Below, in pieces: positions 1-19,768 of a DNA stretch of 64,000 bases. Origin of the DNA: the human T2T-CHM13v2.0 reference genome, Homo sapiens; assembly GCF_009914755.1 (NCBI RefSeq), contig NC_060932.1; one strand, 5' to 3'. A model generated the notes under the pieces. It had not been told where the DNA came from, did not search any database, and was given only the letters and a program-made list of their open reading frames with translations. Made by a program: the position numbers and the translations under genes. Within the stretch, counting starts at the first letter, position 1, and every line of letters begins with the position of its first letter.

Positions 1-2609
1 TCTTATCAAGGTTTCAAAAGTGCTTCATGGTTTTCCAGTCTCCTGTCCCTGCTAATCAACGCTGATGTTTCACATACACAGGACGCAAGATGCCATCTTC
101 TGAACCAGCTCTTTGCTGCATTCCATTTTAGGAATGAGAACCTGGATTATTTATTTAAAACTGTATAAAGTCCTGTTGTTAAGCTGCTCTCTGTGAAAAG
201 CAGAAAGCGGTTTGAGCCAGGTGGGGAGAGGCTGGGCAGGAAGACGGCTAGATTCTGTGGGAAAAGGGAGAGCAATTTTATTTCCTGCTATAAATTAAAT
301 AGCCTAATTCAACCCTCCACCAGTAATATGATAACCAATTAATATATTAATGGACAGGGATTATGGAGTCTGGTTTTAGAAAATGGAAACTAGAAGTCAA
401 TTTCACTTAAATACTCTTCTGGGCATTTTTTTTTTTCTTTCCTGTAGCCAAAACCAAGTGCTTATGTAGCATTGATAATTATTAAAAGAGATACTATGAC
501 TCAGAACTGGTTAATGTTTGTAATGCTTCTTTAACTCTCAGTCAAGAAGTGCTACAAGTATTACTTGCCTGACATAATAGTTAAGGGGAATTATATAAAG
601 TAGTAATTATCCCATTTTCTGTAAATTTTATTTCTCCCAGTTCAAACCTTAGTATCATTTTATTTTTCATTCTTGGAAACCAATATATGTGATCTGTTTT
701 ATTTTATCCATATAACATGGCTGTTCATTCACACAGATGACACATTTTTGTAGTCACTTCTCAAGGCTTTTAAAGCACATTTTTAGCCTAACTCACATAA
801 GTTATTGCTATCTAATGATATGTAATTTACCAAATCCCATCTTTGGGGACACTTTAAAATCAAAGTGAAAGCTACACATATTTAATAACTAATGTATATA
901 CACAGATGTGATCGTGATAATCTTACTACTTAATAGTGATTATTGAATTGGAATTCATCTTCAGTGTTCACACTGCAAGTGGTTTGGAATGACCAGAAGT
1001 GGAATAAGAATTGCACTTGGGTAAAATAGAAAATGAAGTAAAATTGCTTCTTGAGCATAGAGTCACTATATCTATCTCTAGCACCCAAATACTTGGGAAG
1101 AAAAGTAAGCCTAGTACTCTTGAGACAATGGACGTGATTAAATATGATTAAGTGTGATTTTTTAATTCTTACAAATGTGGAGCCTGCTGAAGATCGGCTT
1201 CTATGGAGTCCCATTGATTTAATTTGGGCATACTGTAATTTACTGGGCTGGAGTAGAAACAGTAATCCGGCGAGGCCATCATAAGCTCATTAGAAACACA
1301 CTGGGAATGCTTAATGCCGGACAACCCACAGCTTTTTACATCCATTTTATAGTGATCCTCTCTTGCCTTGCCCACTGCTCACTACTGCATGCCATTGATG
1401 GTGTGGTCGTTTTCAAACACACCCCAGAAAATGAGAGGTATTTTTTAAAACAAGATTTAAGTCACCAAGAAACATATAAAACAGCATTTCTAGTATAAAA
1501 CAACAACAACAACAACAACAAACTTCTCGTGTTGTTAATCATGGTAAGATTGGTTAGCTGTTAAGTACTGTAGAATGCAACTAATCAAGAGCTCAAACAT
1601 CCTACACAATGAAACAGAAATAATTATTCTCCCTGAGCTGCTATTGTTTCCTGCCTCAGCCATCCATGGACTAATAAAAGGTTTAATTTTAAATGGTGCG
1701 AAGGAAATGTCAGTGTTACAAAGAAATACAATGTAAAGCCACTTTGCTCACCATCAGGTAAAACACATAAGGAATTAGACCTTAATAGACTAAAGCTAAG
1801 TGAAGCCTAAACAAACCTGAGCAACCACTCCCCTCTAGCCCCGTGCAATTTTTTCTCCTTGCTCCTAATTGATATCACCACATTAAAAAAGCCTGGTTTC
1901 CAACATCCTCACCTTTCAGATGAGAATGTTCTGATAAGGTGTGAGAGCTCTGGTTATGAGGTATATGTGTCTGTGCTTATGATATCAGTTACGCACAGTG
2001 GGTGATTTAGTTCAAACAAGGGACGTTTATTCTGATGTTTCACAGGAAGAGAGGGGGAGGCAAGGGCAAAGGAGAGAAAGATGGCTTAAAGGCTTCCTGC
2101 ATTCAAATGCTGTGCCTGTTTCCATTTTTACCACCTTCAAAAAAAAAAAAAAAAAACACTAAGATAACATTTTAACATTTAAATCCAAAGCTTGTTTTTG
2201 AAACCAGTTTACTAAGAAAGTAATGCACACTATATGAATAATGGAAAGGGACAATTCTTCTGAAATCTTTATTGTGGATTTTGCAATATAATTTGACTGA
2301 TGTCAAACAGAATCAGCAAAGAGAAAAAAATATATTAGGAAAGCATGTGCATTAACCAGTTAATGTTTATCACATGGTATCCTTCTAAAAAACCAAAACA
2401 CCTTGGGAATTTCAGAGGATTTGATTATATTTGTTTATTCTTTTATCTATCTACAAATATATGTTAATTACTCACTGCTTCCTTGTATTACGTGTTATGG
2501 TTGCTTCAAATGCAGTAAATAACATTTTTTCCCTGAAAGAATTACAGTCTATTTTTTTAAGTCAGACGGTAAAGCGTTATGCACTAGCTGGGAAACAGTT
2601 CCATGCTGT

Positions 2610-2812
2610 ACCCAGTAGACAGCATGGATGTTGGAACTGGCTAGTCCCAGGGCTCAGATTCCGGCTGCTCTTACAACAAGTCACGTCAGCACTCTGGGCC
2701 AGTAAAATGAAGGCAGTAATACCTGTTGGCTGGTTGTGAGAATGAGAGAAGATGGATAATGTACGTAAGTACCTAGTGCAATCTCAGGCACACAGTTAGT
2801 TCTCAAAAATTT
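2610..2812 (+). mobile_element. MIR SINE (degraded)
   Basis: MIR-like core and 3' end: ...gtaaaatgaaggcagtaatacct...ttgtgagaatgaga...taatgtacgtaagtacctagtgca...ggcacacagttagttctcaaaaat. Confidence 0.7.
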
Positions 2813-2819
2813 GTAGTTC

Positions 2820-3319
2820 TGTAGGGAAGGAAAAAATCATTTTCTCTCTACCTTTCATAGTTCTTCATTCAAATGGACCCCACTAACAAAAGACAGATTA
2901 ATAAGAGAAAAACAAACAAGTTTAATAACATGTATATCTCATGTTTACATAAGAAATACCTAGAGAAATGAGAGAGCTTTGAATTCAGGCTTAAATACCA
3001 CTGTCCATGGAAATAAAGAATGAAGGGCCCAGGGAAGCTCAGAAATGAGAGGTCACCAGGAAAAGCACTGAAATTGGTGCCTTCCCTATTGACAAGTCTC
3101 CAGTGATTTGCAGCCATCCTTCCCTTCCTGGTCCTGAGAGAGAGACTCCCTTACAAATGAAGATTTCCTTTATAGTTATACATTTCTCTTACAAAAGGAT
3201 AACTTCTACCCTTGTTTTCAGAGCTTCTCTGGTTTCTGCAGTTTCTCCAAACTATCAGCTCAAAATAATCCTTATATCAAAGAAGCATATTTTGGGGTGG
3301 CATATTCTCACCTCCTATA
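2820..3319 (-). mobile_element. ERV1 solo LTR, MER34/MER39-group
   Basis: Starts TGTAGGGAAGGAAAAA, contains the group motif taacaaaagacagattaataagagaaaaac, ends ttttggggtggcatattct...cctata; near 4-bp TSD gttc/ggtc. Confidence 0.65.
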
Positions 3320-4349
3320 GGTCTAATAACCAAAATAATAGGACATTACATGACTTGTATTATATTTTATATTTTTCCCTCCTCTTCCAGGCATTTGCTT
3401 CACTGCCACCAGCATTATATTTTCTAAACTACCGTTCTGTTAGTGTGATTTTCCTACTCGAAGTCATTTGTCTGTAGCTATAGTTTTCAAGCATTTTTTA
3501 ATAGGCAATTCGTTAAAAAAAAAATAAAACCCTACATACAAAATGAATAAAAAAGCAATATTTTAGTAGTATGAAATATTTTAAGCTTTGTAACATATAC
3601 TTATTATAAGGCAAGAACATAAGAACAATGAGATACTTTTAATAACAACGTTAATGTATTCTATAATAATTTTAAAATGACAGCTAGGAATGATTGTGAA
3701 GTCTTGTATCAGTCTCAGCACTAAAGTTATCTTGAACTTTCATTTCATTTGTGCAGAATAAACATGATATTTCTTCATAAAACTAAGTAGTCATTAATGA
3801 TGAGATATTTTTTATAACCCAATTTACAATCTCATTGTTAAAGTAATTTAACTGATCTTTTCAGAAGACAAAAACTTTTATAGTTTGCAAACACTATCGA
3901 AATTTACTCAGACTTCTGACTTAAGTGTCACAGAACTCTATCCACTCTTGTTTCATATATATTGTATTGTTACCTTTTAAGATTTTTCATTTGTTAGAAT
4001 ATTTTGATCTCTGCCTCCTCCCCCACAAAACCCAACTGTGATAGATGGTCTGCATATAGATCTTGAAATATTGAAATAAATGTTATAAATGTTTGGCTAG
4101 GAAAAAAAAATTCCAACGACACCATCCCTTTCCTCAAACTCTATCTTCCAATGTCCAGGATTACAGATGAGAAATCTGGTGGCAGTCTAATTATTTTCCT
4201 TTTCCTTTGTTCAGCCTCAATCTCTCTCTCTCAAGAAACTTACAAGTTTTTCTTTTATCTTTGGAGTTGAGTATAATGCTGAATTAGGTCTAAGTCAGCA
4301 TTTTAACTGGCACTTGATGAGCCTCATATATTTGGAAATTCAAGTTTGG

Positions 4350-4598
4350 CCACTGAGAGCACTTTTAGGTTGGCTCTGGTGTTTCCTTGACCTGCCCATC
4401 CTTTTGGGACTGTTTTTTTTTGTTGTTGTTGTTGTTGTTGTTGTTGTTTGTTTGTTTGTTTTTGCACTTCCTTATTTCTTGCATGTCAAGATGCTTCAGG
4501 CTCATCTTGTTTGCTGCAGCCCCAGTCCTAGAATCAGCTGTTTATCCAGAGGGTCTTGGTTCTTTTAAATGGAAAATGGTATTAGAAATCAAGATCTG
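4350..4598 (-). mobile_element. Old L1MC-type 3' region (host of the L1PA3 insertion, left part)
   Basis: ggaaaatggtattagaaatcaagatctg continues as ggcacagggcatgcc...gcttttagaccc after the 3' TSD at 8935; contains a (GTT)n/(GTTT)n tract at 4421-4460. Confidence 0.6.
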
Positions 4599-8922
<4,324 letters not shown>

Positions 8923-8935
8923 AAATCAAGATCTG

Positions 8936-9270
8936 GGCACAGGGCATGCCTGTTCCTATACAAGTGTGGTTGCTTTTAGACCCTGTGGTGAGCAGAGCCA
9001 TAGTCTACTAACTGTGTCTATACAAATATCTCTCATTATTTCTGTAACCATCTAGCTACATCTGCAGTAAGTTAAACATGAGTTCATACCGATTGCTCTG
9101 ATTCTAATGCAGCACTGGGTGGTCTATTCCAGTGTTTTCCCCTTGCTTTTCTGCAAACTCTCTAACAGTGAGAAATCCCCTATTCCTACTACCCATCATC
9201 CATGTATTTATTTTTTCCATCCCTGCATACATATGCGGCCGTTTCATAATTTTAACCCATATCCCAGAAA
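8936..9270 (-). mobile_element. Old L1MC-type 3' region (host, right part)
   Basis: Continues the 4350-4598 sequence across the TSD; ctctaacagtgagaaatcccc...acccatcatccatgtatttat motif. Confidence 0.55.
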
Positions 9271-11261
9271 ATTACTTTTTAATTATTATAATTATGTTTT
9301 TTTAAAAAGGACTATTTTTCAAAAATCCTTTAGAATGATTTTTTTGTTTGGATGTTTCAGTGTTTAGGCTTACAGATTTTGTTTGTAGAAAATATTGACT
9401 AGCTTCTATTTCCTTTGAAATGTTAATATCAGCCCTTTAATACAAGACAACCAATAATAGTCAGAGTGATAGAAATCCTGTAAATCACTGCAATTATCAC
9501 AAATAACTTGAAGGTCCACAATTTAAAGATAATGCTTTAAAAAAATGGGCAGGTTATGTGGCATTAACCAATGTGTTTTGAACGATATCATCTTCTTTAT
9601 TGTTATTACTATTAAAAGTAGAACCACTTGGATGCATTTAGGAAAAATGTTTCTTTTTCTTCTACTGTTTCCCCAATTATATCACCTGTGATATGGACAG
9701 TGAGTTGCTTTGGGGATGACCATGGGGTGCCAGGGTAGTCTCTGTGTAACTCATGAATTCTAGCTAGTGTGGTCATTCATAAAATTTGGAGCTTAAGAGC
9801 TGTTTTATATCATTAGACTGTAATTACATATTTAAAAAAATTTTTCTTTATATCAAAATATCATTATATGTCATTTTATTCTTTGGAAATTATGATTTAT
9901 AAACTGTGAATATGTCATTAATCTTCAACATGCCAGATCTGAGAAATACCCAGAAAAGTCTCATATTATGGTTCCTTCTCCATTTATGTATGTATCGAGC
10001 ATCCCACAAAATAATAAGCCTGGGTAAAAATATCACATATAACAAGCACAATGGAGCTTCTTGACTTGACTAAATTAGCAGGTTGCATTTTTTAGTATCT
10101 GACTCATATAAGATTTTGCAATCTATGTAGCAGAACATTTAATAAGTTTCCTTATTAAACTTTCTGACAAGGTCTTTACAGCACACGTAATACACTAAGC
10201 TATTTAATATCATAAAATTTAAACTCAAATCATGTTTTCTTAAATAACATTAAATTATTTAGTTCTTGCAGTCAGAGGCTAAAAGCTTTATTTTCATGCC
10301 TACTACATATATTACAAAATGTTGTCACTTTGCAAGAATCACTTAGCAGGAGCCCTTTTCCAAAATTCACTTCATAAAACATAATGGAGCTGGGTTTATT
10401 TTACTGCAATTAAAGATAAACCCAAAGGACAAATAAATAGGATTGTTGTGTTTTTGCCTGTGAATGAATGTTTTTGTATTAGAAGTTGATTTAATTTTTT
10501 ATTGTCACTTTGGCCAACACTAGTTGAATTATCAGTTGATAGCTAGGTTTACTTTGCCATTGCTTCTTGAAACTAGTCCAACATACAACCCTTCAATTAT
10601 TTTACATTTTCTAGTTTTAGGCAGAAATGCCTATCTAGCTTTAGGCATAATTATTTTACCTTATAGAACATAAAAATGTAGCATTTATAAATATAAAATT
10701 TATATAAAATAAAGAAATATATTACTATATGATTTAAAAGTAGCCTTAATGTATCTTAGCATCTCCTGAAATTGAGTAGACATGATTAGGATAGAATGTT
10801 TTAAAAATGGTCAGTACAGCACTGCAAAATTTCTACATAATGGTTGTTTTTTTTTTAACATTAAAAGTTTCAGTAATTGGACAGAGACAGTCAAATCTGT
10901 ATCCCATAGTGAGATCACTTGTTGCAGTTTCTATATTGATGATCCCCACAAGGTTAAAATGTGATATGTTTATGTTTCTTTCTGAAATTTTTGGTCACAC
11001 ATTCAAAAAACTATTTAAAATGCAATTTAAATGGCTTCTGAATAAAATATTTGAAGGACCCTCAAAATTCTCCATAATACTCCAGTAATTCTTGGTACAT
11101 ATTTTGAAAACTACTTGTAGAATTAAGTCCAACCTCCCCATATACTTTTCAATCTCATTTACACTCAGACCCCCACCATGCAGTTGGCCTCATCGCCTAG
11201 GATCTCTAACACCTTTCCTGTCACTGCATTTTCTTGGACCTTCCATATTCTTTTCCATTTG

Positions 11262-11788
11262 TGTAGTGTAGGGGAAAAGAAATTTCTTTCTTTTTCATCT
11301 TAGGTTCATGGCTGAGGTCCCTATAACAAAAGACAAAGTAACAAAAGAATACAAATGTAATTAATATAAGTTTTATGTGATATGGGAGATTTCATATAGA
11401 AATGAAGATACAAAGAAATGGGTAAATGTGGGCATTTTTATGCTAGGTTTGATGAAGCAGTGGATAGTTGTGGAAAAGTATGATTGGATGAAGGGTATGA
11501 TCTACTGGTAAAAGCTAGAGGGAGTTTAGCAGGACTTCTTTGTTCAGGTGCTTCCTGTGTCCCTGAGTCTTTAGAGATAAGGATACTCCTTCCCTCTGAT
11601 TAGAGAAAAGGCACCTCTCCAATGAGGGTCTTACAACCTGCTTCAGGGGAAGGTCAGAAAGCCCTTCCTAGGTTTTATGACTTGTCTCAGGGGAGAAGTG
11701 GGGAAGGTGAGAGTAGCCTTTCTGCTTCTGCTATTTTATCTAATACCAAGAGGCTGTATTGGGGGGTAGTATGTCCTTACCCCCATCC
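11262..11788 (-). mobile_element. ERV1 solo LTR, MER39-like
   Basis: cctataacaaaagaca...taagttttatgtgatatgggag...ttttatgctaggtttgatgaag motifs, shared with the LTR at 29266. Confidence 0.65.
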
Positions 11789-11849
11789 GTGACTTTGTCC
11801 TGCTCTTCCTTATGCTGGACATATGTTTTTCTTCTTTGGTCTCCTTGGC

Positions 11850-13914
<2,065 letters not shown>

Positions 13915-13946
13915 AAAGAAAACCCATATTCTCTTTCCTTCCATGC

Positions 13947-14430
13947 TGTATGAGTCAAGGTTCTCTAGAGAGACAGAACTAATAGGATAGATTTGTCTAT
14001 ATATCTCTATATCTATCTCTAGCTCTATATCTTCCTCTCTCTCTCTATAGGGGAGTTTATTAAGGAGTGTTAAACTCACATGATCACAAGGTCCAACAAT
14101 AGGCTGTCTGCAAGCTGAGGAGCAAGGAAGCCAGTCCAAGTCCCAAAGCTGAAGAACTTGAAGTCCTATGTTCGAAGGCAGAAAGCATCCAGCATGGGAG
14201 AAAGATGTAGGCTGGGAGGCTAAGCCAGTCTAGCCTTTTCACATTTTTCCACCTGCTTTATATTCTCTGGCAGCTGATTAGATGGTGTCTACCATGATTA
14301 AGGGTGGGTCTGCCTTCCTCAGCCCACTGACTCAAATGTTAATCTTCTTTGGCAATATTCTCACAGACACACCCAGGATCAATACTTTGCATCCTTCAAT
14401 TGAATCAAGTTGACAGTATTAACCATGACA
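13947..14430 (-). mobile_element. MLT2A (HERVL) solo LTR
   Basis: TG...CA ends, 5-bp TSD CATGC (13942-13946 and 14431-14435); ggttctctagagagacagaactaatagga and atcaagttgacagtattaaccat motifs. Confidence 0.9.
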
Positions 14431-14851
14431 CATGCCCAGAAAAGAGGAGAACTTTGCTGCTTTCCACCCACAGAGTGTGCGTAGGATGTGCCCAGTGTCC
14501 CCAGCTCTGCACCAGCTGCTTCCCAAGAAGACCTGGCTGAGCTGCAATGTCAGAGTCTGACACTGATGGAGCTACATTTCAGAAGTGAACAACTTAGAAG
14601 ACGGTGTGCATCCACTCTTCTTCCTCATGGTCCTGTTCCAGGGCTGTGAAGCAAGCCAATAGCCTTTGGAGATGTAACCCCAGGGGCCAGTTATATATCT
14701 GCAGGACATGCTTTATTCTGCAGTGGACAAAATCTATATTGAGGGTCCCTTAGGTCTTTGTTGCTTACTGCAATACAGTTTACAAAAATCCTTGTATCTT
14801 TGGGGGTAGGAGGTGCTTTCCCAGATTAATAAAATTGTCTATCTCTCTCTC

Positions 14852-15143
<292 letters not shown>

Positions 15144-15497
15144 AAATTGTATCTCTTTTTTTTTTTTTAATTTTGCTTGTCATCCTTTAATGTGTATGTC
15201 ATGAGCCAAAAACAATCTTAAGGACTATGGAGTAATAGGATTCAGGCATATCAAATGTCCGATGTACATGCCACCATTTATGAAGATTTTTATCTTCTCC
15301 ACAAAGCTGTTTGGTTTCTGGAAGAAGGGGAGGGTATTTGAGCCTCTGTGACTTACACATGGACAAGCAGAAAAGAGGGCATATTACAAGAGTGTACTAA
15401 ATAAATACATGGTTTAAATAGTCCTTATAGAGTTTGACCTGGTGAATATACAAAGTGAATCAGAAGGGGAAGGTAAGAGATGAGGTGGAAAGACTGT

Positions 15498-15735
15498 AGG
15501 CAGCATAATTAGTGGTTCAGAGCAAGGACCCTGGAGCCAGACTAACCAGCTTGAATCTTGATTCTGATCCTTTGCTAGCTGTGGTATCTTGAGAATTTAC
15601 TTTCTTTGCCTTGGTTTCTTCATTAATAAAATGAGAATAATAATTGTATATACCACATTTTTAATAGGATTAAGTGAATTGGTATTTATAAAATGATTAG
15701 ACTAGTGTGTGGCCCCTACTAACTACATGTTTATT
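15498..15735 (+). mobile_element. MIR SINE
   Basis: agtggttcagagcaaggaccctggagccagact...tagctgtggtatcttgag...cttggtttcttcattaataaaatgagaataataat. Confidence 0.8.
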
Positions 15736-16220
15736 CAATCAATCAACCAATATAATAATTAGTGGGATATTATAGTAGTATTGATGACTTGAACTTAAAT
15801 GATGACAATGGAATGAGAAGTTGGGGGAACTTTTTGGACTTTTTTGAATTAATGAATTCTAGCTTTCCATCCATGAAATTGATATGGTTATAAGAGCCTC
15901 TAAAAACTTTCCCTTCTATGTGTCAGATTATAGGCTTATTTTATCTTTATGACATCCAGACAGGGAGCGTACAATTTGATGGGGTGTCTGTCCATCTTGG
16001 TTCCCTTGAGTTCCCTTTTCTTATAACATAGGTATTGTGGGAAAATGTGGTCTTTGTGCCAAATTGTTTAAAAGAAACGTTTGAGCCAAGAACATTGTAA
16101 AATTTCAGAAAATATTACAAATCTTCATGCCTGAAATAAAGTAATCGCAGTTAATACAGATATAAAGCTACATAGTTACCATGTTTCCAGGATAGCCAAT
16201 AAGAAATTCTAGTGATTGTG

Positions 16221-16513
16221 GGCTGGGCACAGTGGCTCATGCCTGTAATCCCAGCACTTTGGGAGGCTGAGGTGGGTGGATCACGAGGTCAGGAAATCCA
16301 AACTATCCTGGCTAACATGCTGAAACCCCGTCTCTACTAAAAATACAAAAAAATTAGCCAGGCGTGGTGGTGGGTGCCTGTAGTCCCAGCTACTCAGGAG
16401 GCCGAGGCAGTAGAAGGGCACGAACCCGGGAGGCAGAGCTTGCAGTGGGCAGAAATCACGCCACTGCACTCCAGCCTGGGCAACAGAGCAAGACTCTGAC
16501 AAAAAAAAAAAAA
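16221..16513 (+). mobile_element. AluY
   Basis: atcctggctaaca and gagcttgcagtg diagnostics; ~20-bp TSD aagaaa(t/a)tctagtgattgtg at 16201-16220 and 16514-16533. Confidence 0.92.
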
Positions 16514-16837
16514 AAGAAAATCTAGTGATTGTGATTTAAGATTAGTATGATTAAAAAAATTAACAAGAGGTTTTTGTTGCCCTAAACAAGTGGCACGTAT
16601 GATGCCTTTATGCCTTTAATGAATTGCAAAATGCAGCTCAGCCCTGACCCCCAGGGCAGGGATGAATTACAAGAAGGCAGCTCTTCCTTCTGCCTGGTGT
16701 TGCTTGTAAAACCAAGCTGGGCTGAATGGCAACTTCACCCTCACACAAGGGATATGTGTGGGACACAAATGCCAACCACACATAGAAGCCCTGCTAAGCG
16801 TTATCAAAAGAGAAGCAAAATTGCTTTTGGCTAATAT

Positions 16838-18267
16838 TGAGAGGTGACAAGGTGCTAGCAGCCCTCGCTAGCTCTTGGAGCCTCCTTGGCCTCGGCATCC
16901 ACTCTGGCCATGCTTGAGGAGAACTTCAGTCCGCGGCTGCACTGTAGGAGCCCCTCTCTGGGCTGGCCGAGGCTGGAGCCGGCTCCCTCTGCTTGCCGGG
17001 AGGGGTGGAAGGAGAGGCGTGGGCGGGAACTGGGGCTGTGAGCTCCAGGCGGGCCAGGCTCGGTGGGCCCTGCACTTGGAGCGGCTGGCGGGCGCCGCCA
17101 GCCCTGGGTAGTGAGGAGCTTAGGACCCAGGCCAGCAGCTGCAGAGGGTGCACTGGGTCCCCCAGCACTGCCGGCTGGCCCAGCCACGCTCGAATTCTCA
17201 CTGGGCCTCAGCCGCCTCCCCTTGAGGCAGGGCTCAGGACCTGCAGCTCGCCATGCCCTCCCCCTCCCCCTCCCCTGCCCCACCCCCACCCCACCCCCAC
17301 CCTGTGGGCTCCTGCGGCTGAGCCTCCCTGATGGGCGCAGCACCCTGCTCTGTGGCGCCCGTCCCATCAACCGCCCAAGGGCTGAGGATTGCAGACATGT
17401 GGCGCAGGACTGGTGGGCAGCTCTGCCGGCAGCCCCTGCATGGCATGCACTAGGCTGAGCCAGCTAGGCTACTGAGTCAGGTGGGGACTTGGAGAACTTT
17501 TATGTCTAGCTAAAGGATTGTAAATGCACCAATCAGCACTCTGTGTCTAGCTCAAGGTTTGTAAATGCACCAATCAGCACCCTGTGTCTAGCTCAAGGTT
17601 TGTAAATGCACCCATCAGTGCTCTGTGTCTAGCTAATCTAGTGGGGACTTGGAGAACTCTCCTTTCTAGCACTCTGTGTCTAGCTACAGGATTGTAAACA
17701 CACCAATCAGCACTCTGCGTCTAGCTAATCTAGTGGGGACTTGGAGAACTTTTGCATCTAGCTAAAGGATTGTAAAAGCACCAATCAGCACTCTGTGTCT
17801 AGTTTAAGGTTTGTAAATGTACCAATCATCACCCTGTCAATATGGACCAATCAGCTCTCTGTAAAATGGACCAATCAGCTCTCTGTAAAATGGGCCAATC
17901 AGCAGGCTGTAGGTAGGGTCAGGTAAGGGAATAAAAGCAGGCTACAGGTGCCAGCAGGGCAAACTGCTCTGGTCCCCTTCCGCACCGTGAGTGCTTTGTT
18001 CTTTTGCTCTTTGCAATAAATCTTGCTGCTGCTCACTCTGGGTCCACACTGCCTTTATGAGCTGTAACAGCGCAAAGGTCTGCAGCTTCACTCCTGAAGC
18101 CAGTGAGACCAGGAGCCCACCAGAAGGAAGAAACTCTAAACAAGTCGGAACATCAGAAGGAACAAACTCCAGACTCACCATCTTTAAGATCTGTAACACT
18201 CATCGTGAGGGTCCGCAGCTTCATTCTTGAAGTCAGTGAGACTAAGAACCTACCAATTTCGGACACA
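16838..18267 (+). mobile_element. LTR12 (ERV9) solo LTR, LTR12D/E-like
   Basis: TGAGAGGTGAC...ccaatttcggacaCA with 4-bp TSD ATAT; GC-rich U3, tandem gtctagct/caccaatcagc repeats, AATAAA at 18015. Confidence 0.95.
17500..17940 (+). promoter_or_regulatory. LTR12 enhancer/promoter repeats with NF-Y CCAAT boxes and TATA-like AATAAAA
   Basis: CCAAT at 17529, 17570, 17703, 17781, 17822, 17847, 17871 and 17895; AATAAAAG at 17930. Activity not shown. Confidence 0.65.
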
Positions 18268-19768
18268 ATATCACCTAGCTTGGTGTTAGGTTTCAACATA
18301 ATTTGAATCTGTTAATTAGATAATATTAAATGACATTATTTTGTTTTGTTATGAAAAAGATCCAGAAATTATACAGTGAATATAGGTTCAAAAACCATTT
18401 ATCAGGCATTCTCAATGTACCTGGCATTGAACTAAGCTCCTAAATCTAAAAATAAAAAGATAGTAAATCAGAGTGCAAATATTTATTTCCTAGTTAAAAT
18501 ATTTTTTTAAAAGCAAACGATTCCTCTGAAATAATAACTGGGAAGATCAAGTAAGACAATGAAAGCAAAAGATGTAAACCCTAAAGAAATTTTAAAAGAT
18601 TAGTTTTGGCAGTTTTAATTATGTAGTTTGATAATTTACGGATTATTATTTGAATCAATATAACAGTGAAACTACCAATAAATTAGGTCTACCAAGAAAA
18701 AACAGTTTAATGATCACTTTGCATTTAAAAGGTGGTATAATTAAAGCCTCATTACTTCACTCACTTTCAAAATATTGATTCTGTAGATGAGATACAGAAC
18801 TTTTATTTTTTTTAAACATGATTTTTTAAAATCCCAAATTATCAGCTTGCTCAGTGGACTGAAGTTCTCTATATCCTCATTTACGTGAGAGTGAGAAGGA
18901 AATACTAAATCATCTATGTCTCTTTCATCCAAACAATAATTGCCAATAGTTTGTATTTTCATGTGTTTTAAGATTGAACGTGATATAGAAGTGTTTTAAG
19001 AATAAATTTTAACAGAGATGATAGTCAATGCCTACACTTAAATAATATTAAGAGGATTTTTTATGTGTTATTACAGTTTGTAGATTCCAATAGTTTAGGC
19101 TTACCTTATAGTTTTCTAAGTGAATTAACAGAAAATAGGGTTAAATTAACATTTAGTTTTCTGATTTTTGGCTACTGTGCCAAAATGTACTCAGCCTGTG
19201 CTAGAGTACAATGGATTCTGAATTGTGAATTCACAGTATAAAATACTTATCCAATATTGTGTTTGAGAGTATTTATTGATGTAAACTATTTACCAATTTC
19301 AATTGCTTCAGTGAGTATTTTTTCAATTTCTCATTTTTATTTTATGTTAACCAGTATCTATTCAGACCTAATATAATCTGTACAGACTGTGTGCACAAAG
19401 GTTCTTATTGTGAGCTCCATATGCAACATATTTCAACAAACATTTCACACCAGAAGTGAATTGTAAGCATGTAAAATTTTTGTGAACTGGACTGTGAAAT
19501 ATCAGAAGCAATACACTCTATCCAAGTTGACAGCTGATATCTAATCCGAAAATAGTGTATTTTCCTTCAAATGTGAGTATCTCACCACTTTGCATTGCAT
19601 TGCTATAAACAGCTATACAAGAGGAAAATTACTGTAAAAACCAAAATCTTTCTCTTATAAATGCAGTAACCAAAAAACAAAACAAAACAAAAATCAAAAC
19701 TGTATTTTTAATATCTGAAATTCTTTCTCTGTGAGTGTGATAATCCATTGTTGATGTTTATGAAATGG

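Noticed and set aside
16855-17458. Several overlapping 70-171 aa GC-rich ORFs, CpG-island-like
   Set aside because: All lie in the GC-rich U3 of LTR12, where stop codons are rare; no recognisable protein.
17500-17900. Regularly spaced repeats superficially like a CRISPR array
   Set aside because: These are LTR12 enhancer tandem repeats with no unique spacers, in eukaryotic context with no cas genes.
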